Assembly (NCBI GenBank): GCA_002269645.1
Contig: NIVC01000263.1
Location: forward strand, 186,001-250,000
Direction of reading: 5' to 3'
Source: Macrostomum lignano
Taxonomy: Eukaryota
DNA: 64,000 bases
Below are positions 40,721-52,705 of the stretch, one piece after another (the first letter of the stretch is position 1; each line of letters begins with the position of its first letter). A model generated the notes under the pieces. That model searched no databases. It was not told the origin of the DNA and saw only the letters and a list, made by a program, of their open reading frames with translations. Position numbers and translations under genes: made by a program.

Positions 40721-42067
40721 TAAGAGAATTTTCAATTTAGACAGACAGAGAAAGAACAATTTTACCAGACATTGTTAGCGTAGCAAAGCAGACAACACTA
40801 AATAATAAATAATTTCCCAATGAAAATTAGGAGTAACTAAATATAAAAATTGAAGACACGCGCAAATGAGTAAAGAATTTTACAAGCGATGAATGCGAGA
40901 GTAAAGATTTATACAATTTTATTATTATTCGTTTTTCGAAATCCAGTGCCATGAGAGCAGCCGGTCGTAAAAAACAGGACCATTTTAAGAGGCTCGAGCA
41001 TACATGCTAGCACTACAACACGCAAGTACCCACAGTAGCCACACTGTGAGCTGTCCTTGTTCACTCGGGTCTTAGACTCCGGACTCATGAATAGGACATA
41101 GCAAGCAACTCAGGTGAAAAACGCAATAACCAGCTCGATCAGTCCTCTCAAACAAGGGTCAGCAATGCTTTCTGTATACGCTTATAGTCCCGATAAACTT
41201 AATTAATCCGGCAAAAGACACTGGCGTGTGCTAGTTATTTTATAAATTATTATTATTATTGATAATAATAATAATCATAATAATAATTGTAGACCAAACA
41301 CCCGTCTTAGAGAAAGCCGAATTAAATTAAGCCAGCTGCTTGCCAGGCACTAAATTAGTGCAATTTAGATAGCTGAATAACAATAGATGGGTGCAGTTAG
41401 ATGATTTAGAAGATAATTATATATGGATAAAACTCAATCAGCGCCCTCAAGTCAGCCAACCCAGTTTTATTGCTCAGCCAATCCTCAACAAGAATGTACG
41501 CTGCTATACTCGCTCCACATCGCCCAACTCTGACACAATGTACTTTAACAAGCCCAACCGCCGCTTATCAGGTCTAATTAGATGGATAATTATTGTAGCT
41601 GATAAAAGCGGCAGTTGGGCCTATAAAAGTACATTGTGTCAGAGTTGGCCGATCTGGAGCGGGAGTATAACAGAGTACATTTTGCCTTGCAAAGTAGGAG
41701 AGGTGAGTAAAAGGTAGGCTTGGTGTTTTTTCTCAGGAAATTTTGGGTCTCTGATCGAAGGGAAAATCGTGTCAGTGAATCAGGATCTCAAAGGCCAATT
41801 GTTCAGTAGGTCATCACACGAGGTCCAGGGACGTCAAGAAGGGAAAATGGGCCACTCAAACTACTGTAGGTCAGGATTTCAACGCAAGACAATGAGTGAC
41901 CTTGTAAAACAGGCTAGGTGAAGCTAAACAACTACACTAAAAGGCGCCTGGCAAGGGGCAGCTCGAGACAGCAAATGGAAAGCAAAGCCACCCACTCGGC
42001 CCTGAGACCGGGCACGCCAGGCATCCTTGGCCCGGGGCCGGCCGGCGCCGCTCCTCCTATGCCGGCC

Positions 42068-43211
42068 CTACTGGCCCTCGAGCAGGTGCAATTCCTTGGC
42101 CAGGCTGTCCGGCGCGTTGATCTCGGACAGCAGTTTGGCCAGCATAGCCCGGCTGACTCCGTGCGAGCGGCTGCCGGCGGCCAGGCTGATTGACAGGTAG
42201 AGCGGATCGGCGGACAGCTCCAAGAAGCCCGGGTTGGTTTTCAGCTCGGGCACGCATTCTTTTAGCCGGTCCAGAAAGGTGTCGTACAGCTTGAGTTCGC
42301 GCAGCTGGGCGCACAGCTGGGTGCGGGCGCTGGAGTCCAGCTTGTCCAGGTCGTTGGTAGCCGGCCCAGCGGACACAGCGGACACAGTAGCGGCCGAACA
42401 GACGCCCTCCTCGAAGCCGAAATCTTCGTCTGAATCCTCGTTGTAGTCATCGGCGAAGTCTGATAATGCATCGTCATCCTCCTGAGCTGACTGTAATGCG
42501 GATTGGAGCAGGTTGGCGACCTCATCATGCCCGGCTGACTTGGCCATGTCTAATGCCGTCTGGCCGATGTCGGAAGCTCGGATAGTCAACCGAACGCTGC
42601 CGTTGTTCAGCAGCCAGCGGCAGGCGTCTAGGTTGCCGCACTGGGCCGCCAGCATCAGCGGGGTGCGATCGAATGCGCCGCGCCAGTGCCAGTCGAAATC
42701 AATCTGTGGGATTTTTATGGGGCCGTCTGTATATGTCTTAGTGTCTGTGTCTGTCTGTCTGTCTGACAGTCATCCCCGCTCCGTTCCAGTCAGGCAGCGG
42801 CCGCATCGACCCCCGCTGGCTGCACATCTTAGTGTCTTAGTGTCTGTTCAAATAAAAAATATATTCAGGCAAAAAATAGCTCACCTTAACCCCTTTATCC
42901 TTGGCAAATTTTTGAACAGTTTCCAGCATCTCCATACAGCCCTGTTCGGCCATGTAATGCACGGGGGTCCGGCACCGGCCGTCCGGCATTTGCAGAGCGG
43001 CGGCCACACGGGACGGCTCGCACTGGTCAGGATTCTTCGACAGCCAGTTGAATATCGCGGCCAGAGCGTTTGGATTGTTGTCGGCTGCGCAATGATGAAA
43101 CACGTTGCGACCCTCGACGTCGTAGCATTCGTGCACCTGGGTGGGCCTGCGGAGGCGGAAGGGATAAGATAAGTTTTGCGCTCCGGTCAGAAGTTTGGAT
43201 AAGTAACAGAC

Positions 43212-43242
<31 letters not shown>

Positions 43243-44441
43243 CAGACAGACAGACAGTCAAACCAAACTGTCAGTTAAAATATTCTAGTAAAACAAGTTC
43301 AAACACGCACCAACTACTCAGCAGCCGCACAATGAGCTCTGTATTCTTGCTAGGCTCATTCTTCAACAGGTCAACAGCCAGTATAAGCATAGTGTGCCGA
43401 GAAGAATTGCGATGACGCAGTATCGCATCATCAAGCCCGGCTTTCTCCGCTGTTTCTAGAAAGTTCTTAGCCAGACCGGCGTGGCCCCGGAGCAGAGCCT
43501 GTCCTAGCGGGCTCTCCTGGTACAGCTGGTTGTCAACGCTGTGTAGAGTCTGGGGACAGCGTTTTAACAAAAGGTCCATAGCCTTGGCTGGATCGTTGGT
43601 GAAGGCCAGGCAGTGGACAGCGGCGGTAACGGCATTTTTGTAACAGCTAAGCTCGTCAGCTTTTGAGTCTGACATTTCTGCTTTTAATGCAGTCGCCCCG
43701 GCGCCCACAGTCTTTGTAAAAGACTTAACAGAACCGATTGGAGCAAAGCTGTCGATACCTTCATCTAGGCTCTTCTGTGGGACTCTACCAGTCTCAGTGA
43801 CTGGGGACAATTCGGGTTTTGATGATAAGCCTGGCGGTAAGGCTTTGAAGTTGGTTAATGAATCCCTAGTTGATTGGTCGTGGCTGCCCGGACCAGAAAT
43901 TTCTGCTCTTAATGCAGTCGCCTTGGCGTCGACAGTCTTTGCTGCTTGAGTCTTTGTAGGATAATTAACAGAATCGATTTGAGGAATGCTCTCCACAGTG
44001 GCAATACCTTCATCTAGGCTCATCTGTTGGACTCTATTAGTGACAGAGGACAATTCAGGTTTTGATGATAAGCCTGGTTTGGTTAATGAAGCGCTAGCTG
44101 ATTGGTCGCGGCTGCCCGGATCAGACTTTGACGATAACAAAGAAGTGGCTTTGGGAGCAGCCGAGTCAAAATCCACAGCGCCGCCAGCGTTAGCGTCCTT
44201 GGCGTCTCTGACATTCTGGCTCAAGCCAAGATGCTCTTGTTTTGGCCTGATAGGGGAAGAAATGAAAAGGCTCGATTACTATAATTGCTGCTTAACTGGA
44301 AAATCTAGCAATGAAAAATATTTCTACTTACTTTTCCGAAATCGAGTCGAACTGAATGTCCCTTTTTATAGGTTTGGAATCTGAAGGCTTTGCATCCTCG
44401 TACTTCTTGCCGCTGCCACTCTTCTTACCTTGATGGGCCAT
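42068..44441 (-). CDS. Ankyrin-repeat protein (647 aa) with duplicated low-complexity N-terminus and helical C-terminal domain; exons 44332-44441, 43311-44246, 42885-43146, 42068-42703
   Basis: Ankyrin signatures ESPLGQALLRGH, HTMLILAV, GRNVFHHCA, GRCRTPVHYMAEQG, RTPLMLAAQCGNLDACRWLL and GQTALDMAKSAGHDEVANLL. ATG 44441 and junctions (aa|gtaagt, tg|gtgcgt, aag|gtgagc) close in frame (1944 nt). Confidence 0.8.
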
Positions 44442-45363
44442 TGCAATATTGATTCAAATTCTTTTTAAAAAATAGGCAATTAGATCAAAGTAAACCCTGC
44501 AATATGTAGAATAATAAAAATAAAAGTTTCGAAGCTGAAATCCGAACTGGTTTCGATAATTAAACTGTAAATGAATATGAATGTGTAAACAAGTTTTACA
44601 GATTCATATTAATTTACAGCTTGAATCGGTAGAAAAAATCTATGTTGAAGGCTTTTAGTGCCTTGTTTGATGCTAAATGTTAAACAGCACACCTAAAGAG
44701 AATGATTGTGTTCGCATATAAAATGATAAAATACTTGGAACTTATAGGCTTCAAACAATTTCAAACAAAAAATAATGAGATGTGTACGAGCGTACAGCCG
44801 CGAAACGAGAAATTTTACTCGGATTTTCCGAGTGAAGCCCACGCTCCGGCTGAGGCTCTACGTTTACTAAGCCTAGCCTAGAAAGAGCGCACGGCCGCGG
44901 GGCTTCAGTGTACAATACATTCAAACCCTCTCCTACAGTGAGTGTACATTGAATCTCTTACCCACCCCATCCCCCCAAGCGGCAGTTCTTGGAAAAACCA
45001 TGTCAGAACCGGCTGCAATCTGCAAGAGTTCACGTGGCATGGGATGCCCTTACCAATGGGAATTGACAATTGAGGCCCGAGGGCAAGGCCCTACCATTGT
45101 CCATAATCCGTTTCCCTTGGAAATTCTAAGAATTCTTTGAATACACTAAAGCAAACAATTCTGAGGCAAATGAAGGTCAATGAGGGAATATCTCTATTAT
45201 CTCCATGGCAGCCTACAGGCCTAGACTACAATACAGCATCATAAGAATATGGAAATAGATGCAAATTGCAAATTGCAATTTGTCGCCGGTTTTAACTTCC
45301 AGTTTTTTTAGCTTTTCTAGACTTTCGAATTCCAAGTAAAGCAAGCCATGCGTTTCGTTTAAG

Positions 45364-45809
45364 GTGCACTCAAGGACTACTCAAGTTAAGTTTTATTTTT
45401 TTCAGCACAAAGATTTTTGTGCTTTTGCTTTTGATAGCAAGCAGACCCAATGTTCATCTTTTGATGTCTTGCCTTTCTTATAGTTTTATTGATATTAATT
45501 AAGCTTTTTCATTAGAATTATTTTAGAAAATTATAATTATATTCTATAACGTTAATTTTATATCATTCTTAGCTAACTGTGTAATAAAACTTGTAAGTTG
45601 TAACAGAATGATAAAAAGATTTATAAAACCAACGAGTTGAGCTCTGCAATTTTTAAGATTTTTAGACACAGGACATGTACGTAAGAAAAAGAAAGCAATA
45701 ACATTTTATGTGCTGAAAAATGAAGACCTCCATTCTCTATAATGTATTTTTTCGGTGAAACCTGCCTTCTAAAATTTTCCTAGAAATGTAGAGTAGTCCT
45801 TGGGTGCAC
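45364..45809. mobile_element. Probable ~450-bp MITE
   Basis: TIR GTGCACTCAAGGACTACTC / GAGTAGTCCTTGGGTGCAC plus subterminal inverted TTTTTCAGCACA / TGTGCTGAAAAA. TTAA on the left flank only, so no clean TSD. Confidence 0.55.
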
Positions 45810-46906
45810 TCACAGGTTCATAAAGCTACCGTTCAATGAAGCCAGAGTCTATTTCGTCATTTTCACATGCAGCTTGTGAAAGCAATTTCTGTTGATGTTG
45901 CAACACGCAGCTTTTTTCTTCTCTAGATTAGTTTCAACTGAACTGACAAATCTGCATGAGTCACACGCTGAATTTATTCTATATATTTTTATACTACTTA
46001 AAGTAGATGCAAAAAATGCAAGACCTATAATTAATTTGCCATATTTAGCTAGTACTGGTACTACCCTGTTAATAAATTTTCATCATACGCCTAGTTCATA
46101 AATAAAATTTGAAAACGAAATAAATGACGAATGAGAAAAAAGAATATTGATTTTTCATCATTGTTACTAAGGTTTTATTCGAAACCGAAAACTGCAAAGT
46201 TAATAAAAAGCAACTAGCTGATGGCTGAGAAATGCTGACCAATTATTATAGAATAAACTAATAAATTGAAATGATATAAACGCATGTTAATATACTTATA
46301 AGGGCAGCGGGCATACTGTACTAGGAATCAAATTTATCAAGGGATGCAATCAATGTCATACGTACAGTATTAAAAATCACACAAGAAAGCAATCGGATTC
46401 AAGGGCAAGGCCCACTTCATTTACTTTTTATATTAGGAAAATTCGGAATACAGTGGGTACGTACATACTCTGGGGAGCACAGATGAAGGAGAAGCTGCAA
46501 TTTGAATGAAGGAGGCGCGCGCTTTCATTGGGTCCTCCTTACTTTCCACTTCAACCTTGCTTTCACTCCCTACACCCTACAAATAATATCCATACAATCT
46601 CATAAGAGCCTTAGTACAAATATCGCTAAATTTACTACTAATTGTTCTACAATATTCCTATGAATATACCTACAATATTCACACTGATCTCCCTACAATA
46701 TCCCTATAATATCCCTACGAATCTCCTTACGATATCCCTACGAATCTCCCTACGATATCCCTACAATATTCTACGGACCTCCCTACAATATCTCTATAAC
46801 ATCCCTACACTATCCCTACAAATCTTCCTAAAAATATTCGTTGCAATTTTCAATGAGCAGGTACAATAATGATCAGTTATGACTCAGCACACATGACCAA
46901 AGCCAG

Positions 46907-49516
46907 CTACTGCTGAGGCATATGCTTGGGCCGGACCTCCTGGTCGCTAGTGTACCGAATAAACACGCTGTCTTCAACCCGCTGCTGGCCAGTCGCGCTC
47001 TCCTCGCCCTGCTCAAACATATAGGAGGCCGCCACAGCCAGCATGCTGCCGTCGTCAGCGAATGCCAACGCCGAAATTGATGTTGGAAATTTGTGCAGCT
47101 GCATCAGCCGCTTCCGATTGAAGCCGTCCCAGATGTTAACCATGCAGTCGCTGCCGCCGGTCGCGAACGTGTTAAACTGACGGTGAAAAGCCACAGCGTT
47201 CACCGGATGGATTTCCTCCGCGTCCTGGGTCTTCACCCGGTGGCACTTAAAGGCGTACTTTTTCGCTTGAACTTCCGGATTGGTGTCGAAGAATTCTACG
47301 GCCACTCGGCCCTCGATTGAGGACAGGACGTAGCCCTGCAAGGCCAGGCGATTAGGTCATGAACTGCAAGTTCCAAACTGCCTACTTCCAGTACTATGAT
47401 GATATAATCACTAACTTACTCGACCTTTGCTGAACTAAACTACAAGTTCAGCATAATTACTCAGCTTACACTTCCCTGCATATCTCTGCACCCTTGTTCC
47501 TAAATCTTCCTTATTCCTCTCCCTACAAGCTCCTACACCCTGTCCCTTCACTCAACTCCCTACACCCTGTCCCTTCACTTAGCTCCCTACATCCTGTCCC
47601 TTGACTCAGCTCCCTGCACCCTGTCCCTTCACCCAGCTCCCTGCACCCTGTCCCTTCACCCAGCTCCCTGCACCCTGTCATTTCACCCAGCTCCCTGCAC
47701 CCTGTCCCTTCACCCAGCTCCCTGCACCCTGTCCCTTCACCCAGCTCCCTGCACACTGTCCCTTCACCCAGCTCCCTGCACCATGTCCCTTCACCCAGCT
47801 CCCTGCACCATGTCCCTTCACCCAGCTCCCTGCACCATGTCCCTTCACCCAGCTCCCTGCACCCTGTCCCTTCACCCAGCTCCCTGCACCCTGTCCCTTC
47901 ACCCAGCTCCCTGCACCCTGTCCCTTCACCCAGCTCCCTGCACCCTGTCCCTTCACCCAGCTCCCTGCACACTGTCCCTTCACCCAGCTCCCTGCACCAT
48001 GTCCCTTCACCCAGCTCCCTGCACCATGTCCCTTCACCCAGCTCCCTGCACCATGTCCCTTCACCCAGCTCCCTGCACCATGTGCCTTCACCCAGCTCCC
48101 CAGCCAGATTTCCCCAAAAGTCCCCTCCCCAGCACTTGCCTGTTTATTTGGAAAGCAGCGTAAGCAGCGGGTCTGATATTTCAAGCTGGACTCTCTGGTC
48201 TGCTGCGGCTGAGTCATCTGTCTCAAATCCCAGACAAGAACGTGCCGGCCAGCCGTACCAACAACCAGATGGTGCCCGGCAGTATCCAGGGTGTAAACCT
48301 TGTCCGGCTGCTGGTGCATGGAGCTGAATGCGGGCGCCCTGGTGTCCCAAAGCTTTACGGAGCTGTCCCACGAGCCCGTCACCAGCTGATTCGTGTCCGC
48401 GGAGAAGTGAACGCATCTGATTGGTCGGTCGTGATAGCCGACTACGATATCTGCGGGGCGATCGGAGAGTGCGGTTTTGAAGGCCGATTTTTGGGGCGAT
48501 TCGATGGCGAATTTATTAACAATTTTATTAGGTGATATAATACCTATTCTAACGGGTGATATAATGCTGATTCTAATGGGTTACATAATGTCTATTCTAA
48601 TGGGTGATATAAAATTTAAAGCGACAGGAGCTCACAACGTCACCAACCTTTGCCGGCGGTCCAGTCGTAGCCCAGCAGAACGCAGTCCAAGCCGCCACTG
48701 AAGGACCTGGCAGCCTCCTGAGAGGATGAATTTATAATAATTTATATAATAACTATAAAAATTAACAAGCATAAGGGACAACCGACTTTCAGGCTACTAG
48801 CTTGTACACCTGCAGGCTACTACCTTTTACGCCTTCAGGCTAGTACCTTGTACACCCTCAGGCTAGTACCTTGTACGCTTTCGAGCTAGTACCTTTTACG
48901 CCTTCAGGCTACTACCTTGTACACCTTCAGGCTAGTACCCTGTACGCCTTCGGCTACTACTTTATAGAACTTCAGACTACTACTATACACTTCAGGCTAT
49001 TACCTTGTACGCCTTCAGGCTATTACCTTGTACACCTTCAGGCTAGTACCTTGTACGCCTTCAGGCTAGTACCTCGTACACATTTAGGCTACAACCCTAG
49101 TGAACTTTAGGCCTTCAGCTTTGGAGCTTCAGGTTACGAACTCCCCTTCAGGCTACTACCTTATACACCATCAGGCTTTTAGCTCATTAACATTCAAGCT
49201 TCTAAACTTCAGACTAAAAACTCGTTCAGCTTCAGGCACTCATCCGTAAACATTTCCCTAACCCAAGCCAACCCTCAGAGCTCCGCTTGTACCACAAGAA
49301 TCTCACAGAGAAGTCGCAGTCCAACACAGGCTGCTGATGATAGTAGGTGGACCGCAGTGAATTCTTATTCACATCGTACAGCCGCACGGAGCCGTCCCAG
49401 CTGGACACCAGCAGGTGCTGGCAAGAGTTCGGCTGGAATTTCACCGCGCTGATGCCGTCTTCCGGCGGCTCCTTCAGGCGCACCTCAGTTTGCAATCCAC
49501 CGTCACCCGATGACAT
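46907..49516 (-). CDS. BUB3: Mitotic checkpoint WD40 protein BUB3; exons 49307-49516, 48648-48717, 48140-48450, 46907-47335
   Basis: PPEDGISAVKF, LLVSSWDGSVRLYD, TGSWDSSVKLWD, RESSLKYQTRC, FPNKQ|GYVLSSIEGRVAVE, KKYAFKCHR and FATGGSDCMVNIWD. 339 aa. Intron 3 has a GC donor. Confidence 0.96.
47525..48100. repeat. 27-bp minisatellite in BUB3 intron 3
   Basis: CAGCTCCCTGCACCCTGTCCCTTCACC. Confidence 0.95.
48788..49200. repeat. 23-bp minisatellite in BUB3 intron 1
   Basis: CAGGCTAGTACCTTGTACGCCTT. Confidence 0.9.
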
Positions 49517-49555
49517 TGCGGTTGCTGAAGTTGCAGCCGGGTAGAGCGGGGTAAG

Positions 49556-50425
49556 GGCGATTCAAGATGGAGATTAGAGGCGAATCTAGATGGAGATTAG
49601 AGGCGAATCTCGATGGAGATTAGAGGAGATTCTAGATGGAGATTAGAGGCGAATCTGATAGAATCTAGATGGTGATTAGAGGCGAATTTAGATAGAGATT
49701 AGAGGAGATTCTAGATGGTGATTAGAGGCGAATCTAGATGGAGATTAGAGGCGAATCTAGATAGAGATTAGAGGCGAATATAGATGGAGATTAGAGGCGA
49801 ATCTAGATGGAGATTAGAGGCGACTCTAGATGGTGATTAGAGGCGAATCTAGATGGAGATTAGAGGCGACTCTAGATGGAGATTAGAGGCGAATCTAGAT
49901 GGAGTTTAGAGGCGATTCAAGATGGAGATAAGAGGCGGATATAGATGGAGATTAGAAGCGAATCTAGATGGAGATTAGAGGCGACTCTAGATGGAGATTA
50001 TAGGCGAATCTAGATGGAGATTATAGGCGAATCTAGATGGAGATTAGAGACGAATCTAGATGGAGATTATAGGCGAATCTAGATGGAGATTAGAGGCGAA
50101 TCTACATGTAAATGGAAATTATAGGCGAATCTAGATGGAGATTAGAGGCGAATCTAGATGGAGTTTAGAGGCGATTCAAGATGGAGATAAGAGGCGAATA
50201 TAGATGGAGTTTAGAGGCGATTCAAGATGGAGATTAGAGGCGAATCTAGATGGAGATTATAGGCGAATCTAGATGGAGATTATAGGCGAATCTAGATGGA
50301 GATTAGAGACGAATCTAGATGGAGATTATAGGCGAATCTAGATGGAGATTAGAGGCGAATCTACATGTAAATGGAAATTATAGGCGAATCTAGATGGAGA
50401 TTAGAGGCGAATCTATATGGAGATT
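49556..50425. repeat. 23-bp minisatellite immediately upstream of BUB3
   Basis: TCTAGATGGAGATTAGAGGCGAA. Confidence 0.95.
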
Positions 50426-51309
50426 GGGGGAGATTAGAGTATTTGAGGAGATTAATGTTTGATTGGGAATTTGGAGCAATTCTAGATAGAAAATGTTAAC
50501 TATTTTTTCGTTAATTAAAGTAACAAAATAATTAATATTAAATATGATATTAAGTTGAAAACGCGATAATCTCAATTATCAAGACAGTAACACATTTAAC
50601 ATTCCTACTAAATACAAAATAATTATCTGCAAACCAATAGATAGAATTAAATAAATTTTGAAAAGCAATTTTTCAATGACCTTGATTAAAGGTTGTGCAG
50701 TGTAAGTACAACGGAGCACTTTGTATCTTAAATAGAAAGTGAATTATGTTTAATAAATTGCAACAGAAAAAAAAAACAGAATGAAAAAGTTCGGACTGAA
50801 TGCGTTAGTAAAAAAATAGGATTAAGTAGTAATACTTTAGCCTTTAATTATGGTGTTTAATAGTTGGTTTTACAACACAACAGCATTTGCATGCCGATGG
50901 GTGACACTGGAAGTTTACAGGACAAACAGGACATATTAAGTAGGTTGAATTGTGCGGTCATTATGCAATACACTGTCTATGCGAGTAAAAGTGCAAACAT
51001 CCCTAGCACAGATGAGGAATGCGATAATAGAAAATTAAATAATAAGCGGAATCTCTATCACAAAGAAACAATGTCTAATTCCATTGTAAATACCATTTTT
51101 CTAGATTGAAGAAAATAAATAACTCCTAGAATAGGCTAGGTAGGAGAGGTCATGAAACAAGCCAAGTTTAACAAAACAATGTGATGATCTGCGATGCAAT
51201 ATAAGACAAGTAAATTGTAGGGCATTGGGGAACAGAAAATGATGCAGATCGGGGACATGGGCATTGAGTTCGATTTTGCGTTTTGCATGTAGTACATTAA
51301 ATTGCAGGG

Positions 51310-52112
51310 ACCTATAGAGGTAGATGGAGATAGAGAGTGTAGAAGATAGAGAGAGGTAGAGGGAGATAGAGGGTAGAGAGGGGTGGATGGAGATAGAGGG
51401 GTTACAGGGAGATAGAGAGGGCAGAGAGGGGTAGATGGAGATAGAGAGGGTAGAAGAAGATAATGAAAGGTAGAGGGAGATAGAGGGGTAGATGGAGATA
51501 GAGGGGGTAGAGGGAGATAGAGAGGGTAGAGAGGAGTAGATGGAGATAGAGAGGGGTAGAGGGAGATAGAGGGTAGAGAGGGGTAGATGGAGATAGAGGG
51601 GGTAGAGGGAGATAGAGAGGGGTAGATGGAGAGAGAGGGGTAGATGGAGAGAGAGGGGTAGATGGAGAGAGAGGGGTAGATGGAGAGAGAGGGGTAGATG
51701 GAGATAGAGAGGGGTAGAGGGAGATAGAGAGGGTAGAGAGGGGTAGATGGAGATAGAGAGGGGTAGAGGGAGATAGAGAGGGTAGAGAGGGGTAGATGGA
51801 GATAGAGGGGGTAGAGGGAGATAGAGAGGGGTAGATGGAGAGAGAGGGGTAGATGGAGAGAGAGGGGTAGATGGAGAGAGAGGGGTAGATGGAGAGAGAG
51901 GGGTAGATGGAGATAGAGGGGTAGATGGAGATAGAGGGATTAGAGGGGGTAGAGAGGGGTAGATGGAGATAGAGAGGGGTAGAGGGAGATAGAGAGGGTA
52001 GAGAGGGGTAGATGGAGATAGAGAGGGTAGAAGAAGATAGAGAAAGGTAGAGGGAGATAGAGGGGTACTCGTAGATGGAGATAGAGAGGGTAGAGGGAGA
52101 TAGAGAGGGGTA
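51310..52112. repeat. G/A-rich ~20-bp minisatellite
   Basis: GAGGGGTAGATGGAGA(G/T)AGA variants. Confidence 0.93.
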
Positions 52113-52705
52113 GGGAAAGTTAGTGGGAAGCAGTGGGCAGACACTGCATAATCAGCCACAGGGTTCCGCCTGCGATCAAATTCGAATCATAAAAACGGAG
52201 ATGCAATTCGAACCAGCAGGCGGCTGCTACATGCAAAAAATCAATGAGACAAATAAATAAACAAATCTAGCGAAGCGTACATGCAAACGATTTATTAGTA
52301 GAAAATGAAATCGCGATAAACGATACAAATAATAAATTAATAATTAATAATACTCGAGAGTTGTGTGACAAAAAAGTGACTTGGTAATTAAAAAGTGTGG
52401 TGTACAATAAGAGGCGAAAAAAATAGTGTTACACAGATTGGCTTCGACTAGACTATTTGTAAGGGTCAACAATAAATCAATCAGAGAGAGAGTTCAAAAT
52501 GCCATTTAATCAATCAAAGTTGAGTAATTAAGTATCGAAAATACTCGTAGAAATAAAATATTATGACTGGAGCAACTATCTGTTCCCCTTATATCAATAA
52601 ACATTAACAATAGATAACATAATGAAATAATCACATTGGAGTAATACGCTACTGTTAGTAGGAATAAGCGCATGAAATATGCGAATCGGGTCAATTATGT
52701 TTGCC

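Noticed and set aside
41000-41290. Possible non-LTR retrotransposon 3' end with (TTA)n/(ATA)n tail
   Set aside because: No RT or endonuclease coding remnant and no TSD identified.
51100-51300. Possible degraded Tc1/mariner transposase fragment (NNVMICDAI)
   Set aside because: Too short, multiple stops, no TIRs or DDE spacing visible.
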